NCBI RefSeq assembly: GCF_030028105.1
Contig: NC_092383.1
Span: forward strand, 87,129,921 to 87,193,920
Length of the DNA: 64,000 bases
DNA from: Mobula birostris
Lineage: Eukaryota
Reading direction: 5' to 3'
The notes under the pieces were generated by a model. That model worked only from the letters and a program-made list of their open reading frames with translations. It was not told the DNA's origin and made no database searches. The translations under genes were made by a program, and so were the position numbers. The stretch's first letter is position 1; every line of letters begins with the position of its first letter. Shown here piece by piece: positions 13,696-26,089 of this stretch.

Positions 13696-14764
13696 ACTCT
13701 CTTCTGCCACTTTATTAGTTACACCTGTTCACCTGCTTATTAATGCAAATATCTAATTAATCTATCATCTGGCAGCAACACAGTCCATAACAGCATGCAG
13801 ACATAGTCAAGAGGTTCAGTTGCTGTTCAGGTCAATCATCAGAATGGAGAGGAAATGTGATCTTAGTGACTTTGACCATGGAATTATAGTTGGTGCCAGA
13901 AGGGGAGGTTTGAGTATCTCAGAAACTGTTGATGTCCTGGGATTGTCATGTACAACAGTCTCTAGAGTTTACAGAGAATGGTGTGAAAAACAAGAAATAT
14001 GCAGTAATCAGCAATTATGTGAGCAAAACGCCTTGTCAATGAGAGATGTCTGTCAGTACCTCCAGTTGAACTTTCTCTCTTTGTGTGTTTTCCCACTAGC
14101 TGTCAGTCTGTGGTTTTGTATTGCCATGTGCTCTTGTTTGTGTTCATGTCCCATATGCTCCTGCTCTACTCCGGCCCCTGTATTACTGAGTACTCTGCCT
14201 TACACCTGTTTCTCATTATTACCTGTTTTGCTGCCACTTCTGTCTCATTGTGCTCCACCTATCATCTGCCTCTCTGTTCATTGCTCAGTGTATTTCAGCC
14301 CTGCGTTTTCACCAGTTTGTTGCCAGATTGTGCCAGTGAATTTTCCTGAGCCTTTCCAGCATTTGTATCTGTACTCTGTCCATCAGAATATTGACTCTGC
14401 CTGTTTCCTGATTCTGGTTTTTGGATTTCTCTGGATGTGTTGATCTCTGCCTGAACTTTGACACCGACTTTGTTTGCACCTCAGGATTTGTTACTCAATT
14501 AATATCACTGTGCACAGTGCTGGGTCTGCGATTGGATCCCTGCTCCAGTGCCCTGACAAGCTCAGAGGAGAATGGCCAGACTGGTTCAAGCTGACAGAAA
14601 TACAAATAACCACATTTTATGACAGTGGTGTGCAGAAGAGCATCTGGACACACAACACATCAAACCTTGAAAAGAATCTGCCATAGCAGCAGAAGACCAT
14701 AAAGATAATAAAGTGGCCACTTTATTAGGCACAGGAGGTTCCTGATGAAGTGGCCATTGAGTGT
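13696..14764 (+). mobile_element. Non-autonomous Tc1-like element (truncated transposase HTH), interrupted by a solo LTR
   Basis: GCCACTTTATTAG and AAGTGGCCATTGAGTG TIR-like ends. MERKCDLSDFDHGIIVGARRGGLSISETVDVLGLSCTTVSRVYREW is a Tc1 N-terminal HTH. Confidence 0.8.
14051..14558 (+). mobile_element. Solo LTR (Gypsy-like, 508 bp), copy A
   Basis: Ends TGTCAG...CTGACA. The Tc1 sequence resumes on both sides. Shares CCAGTTTGTTG with the LTR at 60385. Confidence 0.7.
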
Positions 14765-15137
14765 TTAGAGACACAACTTGTGAGATATCCGTCACATGTT
14801 TGGAGGCTTTCAGAAGAGAATGAAATTGTAACTGGGTTCAGTGACCTGCTGTATAGAGGGAAACTTTTGACACTGATATTAATGCAGAGATGTTGAGGGA
14901 TGGACAGGGTCTGGACAAAGATCTTGTAATCTGTGCAGAGGCTGAGCAGGAGGAGAAGGAGATCGTTGTTTTTCAGACACATCCACGAGATGGGCATTTC
15001 TCCATTCAACAAGCTTCACCCTGGGATCAGCACATCGTCACTCCCCAGGACATCTAATGCTCTGACCCTTCCCAGAGGAAACATGGATGACACATTTATT
15101 TTACTGAAGGCACAAAGTCAATCACTGAGAAACCTAC

Positions 15138-15457
15138 CATCAGATATTTGTAAATGTACATTAAACATCGAATTGAGATCTGGTGTTGTAATTCCACAGC
15201 TGTACCATCCTGTATCTCCAGTGTGAAGATTCTCCATAGTAACAGTAAATATTCTCTGTTCCGGGTTATCTGTGATTGACACTCGTCCACTCCGTCCGTG
15301 TTGCCATTTGTTTCCACTAAAACTGAACATTGGCGAGTCCATCCATGGCACCAATACTTTGTGTGTGAGCGATACTTTGCTTCGTAGTGAGAATCGATTG
15401 TGATCGCTCTTCCCACAATTCCTTTTACATATTTCTCTGCCCAAAATGCACCAGAAA
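15138..15457 (-). pseudogene. CD300/pIgR-like Ig V exon, copy A (1-bp deletion; B-strand Cys to Ser)
   Basis: 320 nt versus 321 in copy B. AATGGCAAC versus AATGGGCAAC. GAT TCT versus GAT TGT. KYWC..C, RVSITD and DTGWYSC motifs. CAG acceptor and GTAGGT donor. Confidence 0.9.
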
Positions 15458-16818
15458 CTGAAGGAGGCATTTTCAGATTTGAGAGGAAAGGAGCAACTTA
15501 ATGTTTCCCATGACACCACAGCTAATGATTTTGGTCTGAGGTGCAGTCAGTGCTGTTACTGTGTCAGCTGTGTCAGTGCTCTCTCCCCTGTGTCAGTACA
15601 TTGTGGGTTCACTTCCCACTCCAGAGTCCTGAGCAGAAACCCAGGGCTGATCTTCCAGTGCAGTACTGAGGGAGAGCCACAATATTGAATTATAAATTAC
15701 AACAGATCATGCTGGACTTTCAAATGTCCACAAAGATCCCAGGTAATTTATTTGGGATAGATAGAGCTACTGTACATGGAGATTTGTGTGTGTATGTTTC
15801 TTGTATTCCAGGGTTGAGTCGGGGGTTAGTAGGATCATTTGAGATTATGTTTCAATTCTCTGCATGATGGCAATGTCCTGACTTCCTCCGCACTTACAGA
15901 CAAGTTTATAAACTGCAGAAAGAAACCCCTCATGATGTCTGAAACTGAGCCCTCTGGTTCTGATGGAAATTTTATATTTTGTACCTTTCAGGTATTTCTC
16001 TGTGTAGTTAGAAGGTGCTGCAACAGTGGTCATTACCACTTTGGTGTCCAGAAATTCAGGTGTGATTTCATTTTCTTTCGGGATTTATTAAGTGTTTATA
16101 TCTAATTTATTATTTCTGGAATTAAAAACCACATATCCATAATGATAACGATCAACTACCAGATTGTCAAAATCCCATCTGGATCAGAAAGGCCTGTAGA
16201 GACAGAAATCTCACATCCCTCCCAACCCGGGTTACCTTTGACTCCACATCTAGAAATGCTCTTTACTAAATGTCCCACTGAAATGGCCCAGGAAAGACAC
16301 TGATAACAGGAGAATAACATCAATTTTCATATTGATCCAAACAGAGTGAGATCAGATTCCAGTTGACCTGATATTCCTATTTAACAGCCTCTACATTCCA
16401 ACATATGGACATTTTCTTCCCTGACCTGACTCCATACTATTCCCCCTTTCTTCTTTTCTGCTTCCACCTCTCACCCATCTCCAAAGTCCACACCTTTTCC
16501 TCTCCATTCCATTTGCCTGTCGTGCTTCACCCCTCCTCAGTCCCCGACGACCAAGTAGACCCAGTCTTACAACTCCCTCTCTCCTATTTCGACCAACTTC
16601 CTCTCCACTCACACTTGAGTGTCACAGACCAAACTGTAGCCGATTCCCCTCCTCTAACAGAAGCTGCTTGACCCGCTGAGTTCCCCCAGGAGTGCACTCT
16701 GAACTCCAATTACTGATATCTTTTGTGTCTACAGATATTCAAGTACTGTTCTGAAAATGGTATACAACCCCCAGAACAACACTGATTATGCAAATGTACA
16801 GCACAACTTGTCACTTAC

Positions 16819-16855
16819 CAGGTAGGAAGAGAATCAGGAGAATTGAAGCCCACAT
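16819..16855 (-). CDS. Leader exon A1 (MWASILLILFLP, phase 1) of the inactivated copy-A gene
   Basis: 37-nt hydrophobic ATG exon with a GTAAGT donor. G+TT continues into VSGA of the V exon. Confidence 0.85.
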
Positions 16856-16917
16856 TGTTTTATTCACAGAGACGCAGCCAGGACCTGTTTCTCCTCAGAG
16901 AGAAGTAATTGTGAAAT

Positions 16918-16983
16918 AAAAATGAGGAAGGCAGCAGCAGGAATTTGATCAAAAAAACAAGGGTGACAGAGATGGTGTGTGGT
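16918..16983 (-). promoter_or_regulatory. Proximal promoter A1: PU.1/ETS-like box and RUNX motif
   Basis: AAAAATGAGGAAG (16918-16930) and TGTGGT (16978-16983), conserved in paralogs. Factor identity is inferred from motif consensus only. Confidence 0.55.
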
Positions 16984-17719
16984 ACATGACAATCTGGAAA
17001 GCATTTCGGTATATTTAGCAAGAGAGAAGTACTTATACAATTCTGAAAGACTGAACGAAATGGTGAGAAGAGTTGAAGTATTGGACACAAGCAACAGTAG
17101 AGGTTCTAATCTGAACGCACGGTAAATGGCTGGAGGTGTCCTGAAACAGGGGATTCATCTGAAATGTTGACCACTCTGCCTCCACAGATCCCACATGACT
17201 CCCAAGGCTCCCCCAGAAGTTTTATTTTTTGCTTGACTTAAAATATACTCACTGGAGTTTAGAAGAATGAGACGGAATCTAATAGAAACCTATTGAATAT
17301 TGAAAGACCTTGTGTGAGTGGACGTGGAGAGAATATTTCCTGCAGTAAGTGAGTCTACAACCAGATGGCACAGCCTCAGAGTACATGAGGTTGATAGGTT
17401 CTTGATTTGTAAAAGTGACAAAGTTTACGGGGTAAGGCAGGAGAAGGGGGTCGAGAAGGCCTAATTCTGCTGCAATGCCTTTTGGGACTTATGGGCTTCT
17501 AATACAGGCACCAATCTTGTGAATCTCTTCTGCAGCATGAATTCTTGAAAGCTCATTGCTCATTCAATGCCAGAAGCCTTCCTTAACAACTACTTTACCA
17601 TCTCCCTCTGTTCCAAATCTCGGGGAGTTATAGACTTGCACTCCAAGATTTGTACATCTTTCTGGACCTGCCTTGATGATAATTTAATCAAACACGACAC
17701 ACGAAGAAGACATGACATG

Positions 17720-17755
17720 AGTCCTGATGAAGTGTCTCAGCCTGAAAGGTTGATT
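17720..17755 (+). ncRNA. Degenerate minimal hammerhead ribozyme motif in a Penelope tail (copy at 37446-37481)
   Basis: CTGATGA-AGTGTCTCAGCCT-GAAA-GGTT. Core retained, stem II and the ACGT palindrome disrupted. Confidence 0.5.
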
Positions 17756-19299
17756 GTTTATTCTTTTCTATAGATTCTGCCTGGTCGTCTGAGTTCCACA
17801 GCTTTTTGCCTGTGTTGCGATAATTTTTGGGAACTTGCTACTGAAGAGGGACCAAAGTGGAAAGTAAGTGAGATGTAGAAGGGGCTTTTCCTGCAAACTC
17901 TGATTACATACTTGGCTTCATTCTCTCTTCTCTTTGAACCTTGAAAGCTCATCACTTCTGAATTCTATTCCATCTGTCAGTGCAATTTCAAGACCTCTGA
18001 TGGGATTCCACTTTGCTTCAGTTAGATTTGAGGGGAAACCTTCTGAATGGATTTACACATTCACGATGGTGTGAAATCCACATCAGATCCATTCTTAAAG
18101 CAAATCAACTCCATTTGACAGTAAATGATCTGTGTGAGCAGACAACCCCTGCAGTTTCTATTTTCTACAAAATAATAGAGCACTGTAAATGGACAGTTCA
18201 CACTTGTCAAAGGAGAGAACATTTCTATCTTTCCTATCTCACTCCCATAGTCTCCCTGACACCTGAAACTGCACACCTTTGCTCACCTTCTCAGTAGCTA
18301 GCTTCCCAGCATCTTTGTTCACCTTGTTAGATCTTTCAATGTTACTCAAAGTGTGATCTATCCAGATTCATTCTGTGTGATTCCCTGGGGCAGATGAAGT
18401 CTGAGTAGTGCTTCAGTATCGGGGATAACAATTCTGACATGTCACACATATTGGAGAAGTAATGCAGAATCAGGATCAAAATCAGGTTTCATATCACTGG
18501 CATACTGTATGCTGCAAAATTAGCTGAGATGTAAGAAACTTTCACTATCTATTCATTTCCATAGATGCTGCTTGAGCTGCTGAGTTCCTCCAGCATTTTG
18601 TGTGTGTGGCTTTTGATTTCATTGTAGTGTGAGGGTCATGGTGATGCAAGAATGTGTCTCATTTATATTTTCCTGAATTTTACTAGGTGACTTTGCAATT
18701 GTTCATAAACACTTAATTTCACATTGATAAATAGATAAATGATGAAATACTTCAGTATACACAGAGAGCTTTTGTTACTTTGGGTTTGTTTGAGACGTAA
18801 ACTGTACAGTATGTTAGCCTTGAATGTGTATCTGCTTAAATTCTGTACATTTTTACTATGAGTGCTGACTCTTATTTCATCAGTCACTGCTGTCATTGTG
18901 TAATGTTCGCCCTCAGGGAAGGATGTGGTTAGAACTTCTGTCTTCTTTATTTGTCTTACCAAACAGAATTTATGGAAGTACCAATAGATGCTACACATTG
19001 AGAGATCATTGCTGTCACCATGTTCAGATATGGCCCATGTGAGGAGTGAGAGACAATGAAGCGGGTTGATAATTCACAGACCTTTATGCGAACAGTGATA
19101 GAGGAATAAAACAATAAACGCTAAGCCAGACAGGGCTGTTAACTAAAACTCTCAAATGGAAATGAAGACAACACTGCGCTGAAAAGAATAACTATACATA
19201 AAATGAGTACCGCTAGCCTTCAGAGTCAGTTGGCTCGACGGTCCAATTTCTCAGGCCAGGCTGAATGCACACAGGCAATAAAACATTGCTGTCTATAGA

Positions 19300-20330
19300 A
19301 GACCATTCCACAAACTTACTGCTCTTTGGCTAAAAAAAAAATTCTTCCTTACTTCTGTTCTAAAGGGTCACCCCTCAATTTTGAGGCTGTGCCCTCTAGT
19401 TCTGGAACACAGAACATAGAACAGCACAGCACAGTTCAGGCCTTTTGGCCCACAGTGTTGTTCCAATCTATAGTCCATGATGAACCTAATCCTTCCATCC
19501 TGCAAAGCCTGTAACAGTCTGCTTCCATACATAAATGTACGTGCCTATCTAAGAGCCTCTTAATATCCATATTGTATCAGCCTCTACCTCCATGCCAACA
19601 GTGCATCCCAGGAACTCAACAATCTGTGTAAAGAAAATGTACCTCTTATATATCCCCTAAACTTTCCTCCACTTACCTTAAATGGATGTCCTCTGAATTG
19701 GTCATTGTCACCAGAAGAAAGAAGTGCTGGTTGTCCACTCAATCTATGCCTTATACACCTCTTCTACATCATTCTACCAAGTTACCTCTCACTCTCCTTT
19801 GCTCCGAAGAGAAAATCCCTGGCTCGCCTAACACTTGCTTTTCCTCAAAAGACATGTTCTCTGACCCTGGCAGCATCTTGGTGAACCTCCTCTGCACCCT
19901 CCCTACAGCTCTGGCAAGCTTCCAACAATGAGGCAATCAGAACTGAACTAAATTCTCCAAGTGTGATTGAAACAGAGTTTCATAGAGCTATAACATTAGC
20001 TTGCGGCTCTTGAACTCAATCTCTCGACTAGTGAGGTCCAGCACATCATACACATGCTTTAACACTTTTTCAACTTGTGCAGCAACTTTGAGGAATCTAC
20101 AGACTCTGAGACCAATATCCTTCTGTACCTCCATATTGCTACGATTAACCAGCCTTCAAGTTCGATCCTCCAAATTGTATCACTTCACATTTTTCTGAGT
20201 TAAACTCCATCAATCACTTCTCCACCCAGCACGCCATCCTGTCTTAACCCTGTTGTAACTTACAACAAGGCTCTGTACCATCCACAGCACCGATAGCATT
20301 TGCATCACATGCAAACTTATGTACATATGG
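19300..20330 (-). mobile_element. Nested decayed CR1 3' fragments (copy at about 39330-40360)
   Basis: Antisense CR1 C-terminal sequence and tail motifs (AACATAGAACAGCACAGC). Confidence 0.6.
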
Positions 20331-20712
20331 AACTGCGCAGAAGTTGTAGGCGTATGTAAAAATATTCTGTAAAGCCAATTGCTTTCAAAGAAAATGAAAT
20401 GTGAAGTTTCAAAATATCAAACATTTACTGTAAAGAGCAGTAAATAGTAAAAAAAATTAAATCAAATCAATATTTGGTGTGATGATCCTTTCTCCTTAAA
20501 ACTGCATCAATTCTCTTAGATACACTGTTGTGCCATTTTATAAGAAATTATCTGGTAGGTTGCCACAGTTCTCCTCCAGACTTTGGCTGGCACACTTGCT
20601 TCTGATTCTCCAGGTAATCCCAAACATCCGCAGTGATGTTGAGATCATGGCTCTGTGGAGGCCATACCATCTGAAACCATATAAAAACTCTTGTGTGCCT
20701 AAATCTGTACAC
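20330..20712. mobile_element. Tc1-like non-autonomous DNA transposon remnant
   Basis: Tc1-type UTR motifs (AATCAATATTTGGTGTG...CTGCATCAATTCTC) and a TIR-like end GTGCCTAAATCTGTACACTG. Confidence 0.45.
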
Positions 20713-21856
20713 TGGAGTTTTTAAGTAACTTTACGGAGGCTTGTTCATATGTAGAAGTGTCCATCAGTCAGGAATTCATAACCTGGGAATGAACTGCATG
20801 GTCTTTTATCCTACACATTACTCCTCCCATCAGATCTGCTTTGTAAACTGACACTCTTCCACTTTTAACCCAAAGCTGAGCGGGGTTACTGACCTGAAAC
20901 CTAATGAAGTGGCCACTGAGTGTTTAAAGGCAGAAACCTGTGAGATATCCATCACCTGTTTGGTGGCTTTCAGGAGGAAATGAAATTGTGACTGGGTTCA
21001 GTGACTCGCAGAAGCATTTGGCACTGAATTTGGAAAATGTTCTGGTAATCCATGCTGAGGCTGAGTAGGAGGAGAAGGAGTTTGATGTTCTTCAGGCACA
21101 TCCACGAGATGGGCATTTCTACATTCAACGAACTTAACCCAGAGACAAGCAGGTCATCACTCCCCGGGGCATCTAATGCATGGACCTTTCTCAGAGGAAA
21201 CATGGACGAGACAGAAATATCTCATCCCGACCCACCAAGGTTTACCTTTGACTCCAGATCTCATAATATTCTTTCCTAATTGCCCACTGAAATAGCCCAG
21301 GAAAGACTCTAATTTTAAGACAATAACATCGAATATCACAGTGATCCCTTCAGTGTGAGATCAGATTCCAGCAATGGGAGATCTGATGTTTCTGCTTGAT
21401 AGCCTCCAGGAGATATCTCCAGCTGGACGTATTCTTCTGCCCCCACCCCACCCCCCCAGCTAGCTCCACTCTATTACCCTTTTTGTGTTGCTTCCTTCCA
21501 CCAGTCACCAAGCTTCAAACTCCAACACTTTTCCTCCCCATTCCATTTGCTTGCCAAGCTTCACCCATCCTCAGTTTCCAACCACCAAGAGAATTCAGTC
21601 TCAGACCTCTCTTTCTCCTATGTACACTCTCTCACTCTCCACTCTGACTTCATGCAGATTCTTGACCCAAAGCTTGGTCTAGTCCCTCCCCACTGATAGA
21701 CATTTCTTGGCACATTGACTTCCTCCAGAAGTTTGCTCTAAAATCCAGATTCTGCCATCTTCACTGTCTATATTTACTCAAGCACTGCTCTGAAAGCTAT
21801 GCATGACCCCAAACCAACACTGCTTACACAGAAGTCCAGTGTTGTTTGTCACTCAC

Positions 21857-21896
21857 AGGTCAGGACACCAATCAGAACAATCAATGTCCATAACAT
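21857..21896 (-). other. Orphan leader exon A2 (MLWTLIVLIGVLT, phase 1); V exon deleted
   Basis: 40-nt ATG exon with a GTGAGT donor in a region paralogous to leader A1. The downstream intron lacks 1110 bp that contains the V exon. Confidence 0.8.
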
Positions 21897-21956
21897 TTTA
21901 TTGACAGAGACCCAGCCAGGACCTGTCTGTTCTCAGAAATCAATGACTAAAATTAA

Positions 21957-22019
21957 AATGAGGAAGAAGGCAGCAGGATGTTTGATCAAAAAACAACACT
22001 GACCCAAGTGGTGTGTGGT
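21957..22019 (-). promoter_or_regulatory. Proximal promoter A2 with the invariant 20-mer and a RUNX motif
   Basis: AATGAGGAAGAAGGCAGCAG at 21957-21976; TGTGGT at 22014-22019. Confidence 0.55.
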
Positions 22020-23789
22020 ACGTGAATATCTGAAAGGCTTTTAGTTATATTTAGCAAGACAGAAACATTTAAACAATTCCCAAAGTCTAAATGAAATGGT
22101 GAGAGGTGTTAAAATATTGGACACAAGCAACAGTAAATGTTCAAATCTGAAGGAAAAATAAACAGCTGGAGGTGTCCTGATTAATCTGAAATGTTGACCA
22201 CCCTGCCTCCTCAGATCCCGCCTGACTCCTGAAGGCAGGAAAATGGGGTTGGGGGAGAACATAAATCAGCCAGGGGAGTGATGGACTTACACTCCAAGAT
22301 TTGGACATCATTCTGGATCTGCCTTGGAGATAATTCAAGCAAACATGTTCTGGGGAACTTACTGCTGAGAAAGGAGCAAAGTAGAAATAGCTGTCATGCA
22401 GAAGTGCTTTTCATGCAAAGTAACCATGCAGTACATCTATTCATTTCCATAGATTCTGCCAGGCCTTCTCAATTCCTGTAGCATTTTGTGTTGTTGCTTT
22501 TGGTTTTATTATAGTTTGAGGGTTAAGGTGATCCAAGAATGTACATTGTACAGTATGAGTGCTGAGTCTGTACATTGTACAGTATACGTGCTGACTCCAT
22601 TGCATCAGTCACTGTTGTCACCTGTGTAATATTCATCCTCAGTGAAGGATGTGGTCAGAACTTCGGTCTTCTTTACTTGTCTTACCAGAAAGAATATAGA
22701 GAAGTGTCAATGGTTGCTACACACTGACAGCTTGTTCTGGTCTCTTCTGATATTGCCCCATCACTTCTTGGAAAATGTCTCAACAGCCATGGTTCAATAT
22801 GCTGATGAGAACAAAGCAGAGATACAAAACATCTTCAGCAAAGCATTTTGTTTGAGCAACTAGATCACTGACCAACAATAACAATTTGGCCATTTTACCA
22901 TTGTGTTTAAACCTAATAACAGTCGGGCGCACACTTTTAAATACAATGGTGGGATTATAAAACATTTACAACTCTGATGTTGAAAAGTTATCCAAGAACT
23001 ACAGCTTTATAAGTTATTGGTCTGACTGCACTTGAGAATATGGTGAACAGTATTGGGCCCCTTATCTTCGAAAGGGTGTGCTGTAATTGGAAAGGTGTCC
23101 AGAGGAGGTTCCCCAGAACGATCCCAGCGGTGAGAGGGTTAATGTATGAGGAGTGTTTGATGGCTATGGACCTGTACTCACTGGAGTTTAGAAGAATGGT
23201 GGGTGTGGTGGGGGGGGGCAGGGGGGTTCTCATTGAAATCTCTTGTATGGTGAAGGGCCAAGAAGCTAGATGGAGTGTGTGTGGAGAGGATGTTTCCTAT
23301 GGTGGGTGAGTCCCAGACGAGAAGGTGCTGTTCCTTCAGAATTCATTTGACAGACTGCAGTGGAGGACAAATCATTAGATATATTGAAAGTGGAGGTTGA
23401 TATGTTTTTGATTTGTAAAGGTGTTAAAGGTTATGGGGAGAACAGGGTTGAGGGGGATAATAATTCAGCCATAATAGAATGAGGAACAGACTCAATGGGC
23501 TGAATGGACTCAGGTTTAACAGGTCCAGATTCACAAGTGGGATCACTGCATCTGGAATTATCTCCGGCTCATCAACATCCATCAGATAACCCTGAGCTGA
23601 AGATGTAATGAGCTCCAAACAGACTCTGGTGTTACTGCTTCACGTCCTCACAGAGTATGTAAACGATATTATGTGATATTCCTCAGTGTCAGTGAGGCAT
23701 TTCAAAGTTCAAAATTCAAATTAAATTCATTACCAAATATGTGCTTGTCACCATTTATGATCCTGATTAGAAAGGACGTACAACAAACC

Positions 23790-25220
23790 AAAATTAGTGG
23801 GAAGATAGAGGAATGGAAAGCTTTTAAAAACCTACAGAGAACAACTAAAAAATCATTAGAAGGGAAAAGATGAAATATGAGAGCAAGCTAGACATCGGAC
23901 CGCTAGAAAATGAGGCAGGAGAAATAATAACGGGACATGGAGATGGCTGATGAACTAAATAAGTATTTAGCATCAGTCTCCACTGTGGAAAACACTGGCA
24001 GAATGCCTGATTTTGTAGTGTGTGAAGGAAGAGAAGTTGGTGCAGTTACCATCACAAGAGAGAATGTGCTCAAAAAGCTGAAAGACCAAAAGGTACATAA
24101 GTCTTCCAGACCAGATGAACTACACTCTAGGGTTCTGAAGGAGGTAGTGTTAGAGATTGTAGTGGCATTAGAAATGATCTTTCAAAAATCTTTGGACTCT
24201 GGCATGGTGCCAGAGGACTCAAAAATGACAAATGTCACTCCACTCTTTAAGAAAACAGAAAGTCAACAGAAAGGAAATTACAGACCAGTTAGCCTGACCT
24301 CAGTGTTTGGGAAGATGTTAGAGTCAATTGTTAAGGATGAGGTGATGGAGTACTTGGTGACACATGACAAGATAGGACAAAGTCAGCGTGGTTTCCTTCA
24401 GGGAAAATTTTGACTGGCGAACCTGTTGGAATTCTTTGAGGAGATTACATGTTGGATAGATAAAGGGGATGTAGCGGATTTTCAGAAGGCCTTTAACAAG
24501 GTGCCACACATGAGGCTGCTTACCAAGTTTAGAGCCCATGGTATTACAGGAAAGTTACTGGAATGGTTAGAGCATTGGCAGATTGGAAGAGGGCAGCTAG
24601 TGGGAATAAAAGGATCCTTCTCTGGTTGGCTGCCAGTGACTAGTGATCTTCCGCAGGGGTTGGTTTTGGGACCACTTCTTTTTAGGCTTTATATAAATGA
24701 TTTAGATGATGGAATCATTTGTTGCCAAGTTTGCAGATGATACAAAGATTGGTGGAGGAGCAGGTAGTGTTGAGGAAACAGGTAGGATGCAGAAGGACTT
24801 AGACAAATTGGGAGAATGGGCAAGAAAGTGGCAATTGAAATACAATGTTGGAAAATGCATGGTCATGCACTTTGGTGATACAAGTAAATGTGCGGTCTGA
24901 CGATGTTTCCCATGGTGGGAGACTCTAGGACAAGTGGGCACAGCCTCAGGTTAGAGGGTCCCCTTTCAAAACAGGGATGCGGAGAAATTTCTTTAGCCGA
25001 AGGGTGGTGCATTTGTGGAATCTGTTGCCACATGCAGCTGTGGAGGTCAGGTTGTTGGGTGTATTTAAGGAAGAGATCGATAGGTTCTTGATTGGACATG
25101 GCATCAAATGTTACAGGGAAAACTGTGAACATGTTGAAGAGAAAAAATAAGGATCTGATGTGATTGAATGGGGGAGCAGACTCGATGGGTCATATGGCCT
25201 AATTCATTACCTATATTTTA
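23790..25220 (+). mobile_element. Decayed CR1 LINE, copy A
   Basis: MADELNKY, NYRPVSLTSV, DFQKAFNKVPH and AKFADDTK fragments with stops and deletions. Confidence 0.8.
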
Positions 25221-25270
25221 TGCATTATAATGATGATAATGCAGTTCACCTTCTCTCATTTTCAAGACCC

Positions 25271-25308
25271 TTTATTGTACATTCATGGGTTACGGTCACA
25301 GATCAGAA
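25271..25308 (-). other. Candidate terminal exon (TTC TGA, AATAAA at 25276-25271), copy A
   Basis: TTTTCTCAG acceptor, one codon, TGA, then a poly(A) signal. Paralogous to 12124-12129, 29793-29798 and 45571-45601. Confidence 0.4.
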
Positions 25309-25591
25309 CTGAGAAAAGTCACACCTTCCATTTGCAGATTCACACCCTGATGAACAATGCAAGCTGCAATATTTGCAGGTCACTCACTTTAATCAGCACC
25401 CAAGTTTACTCCCATTGTTTGTTCTCTTTTAAGATCTTTGTATCGTGACTGGAAATATTCATGATGTGTCTCTTTCTCACTCAATTTCCACAAAATGTGT
25501 CATAAAAACTCAGCAATCATGCACCTGATTAAATTTGAAAGTACATTCGCTAAATTTGTTATCAAAGTTTGTATATGTCACCATATCCTAC

Positions 25592-25606
25592 CTTGAGATT
25601 CATTTT
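25592..25606 (-). other. Candidate 15-nt cytoplasmic micro-exon (KMNLK), copy A
   Basis: Pyrimidine tract with an AAG acceptor and a GTAGGA donor, phase 0/0. Identical at 45885-45899. Confidence 0.3.
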
Positions 25607-26089
25607 CTTGCAGTAGATCAAAGAAACACAATAGATCAAATACTGATCAAGTAATGGAGACAGGGTTCATACCTGAGAGTCGTCCAAGAGTGAGAAACAA
25701 CCCGAAGTTTGGACCATTTAAGGGCTGGGTCAGAAGAAGAGGTCAGAGTGTCGGGGCTGGAAGCGAGGCGAGGGCAAGTCTGCAGTGATGCTTGGCTTTG
25801 TGATTAGGGTCTTGCACCATTTACTCGGCTTTGGGATGAACTGTGGCAGTTGCCTGCTCCGGCTGCATTGATGTCTGGCTTTGTGTCATTCATAAGCCTC
25901 TGGTTCTGAATGCTATTTGCTTGCTTTTTTTTTGTTTGTGAGGTATGTTCTGTGCATTGGGTGTTGGATGGTCTTATTTTTGGTGGTTTCTTTGTTTTGT
26001 GGCTGCCGGTAAGGTGACGAATCTCAAGGTTGTATAGCGCATACATGCCTCAATAATAAATGTATATTTTTACATTGAATTTGCATATG

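Noticed and set aside
13820-14443. 207-aa Cys/Leu-rich ORF that looks membrane-like
   Set aside because: Chimera of a Tc1 HTH fragment and T-rich solo-LTR sequence; broken in copy B by the Rex1 insertion.
14725-15012. MPISWMCLKN..LLLLLLSL ORF in four copies as a possible TM exon
   Set aside because: The hydrophobic run is short and comes from a CT-rich tract; no phase-compatible splice pair; the V exon splices in frame directly to C2.
15845-16039. 64-aa ORF conserved in both copies (also 35591-35785) as a possible extra exon
   Set aside because: Lies in intron 1, has no Ig motifs or convincing splice sites, and its conservation is explained by the recent duplication.
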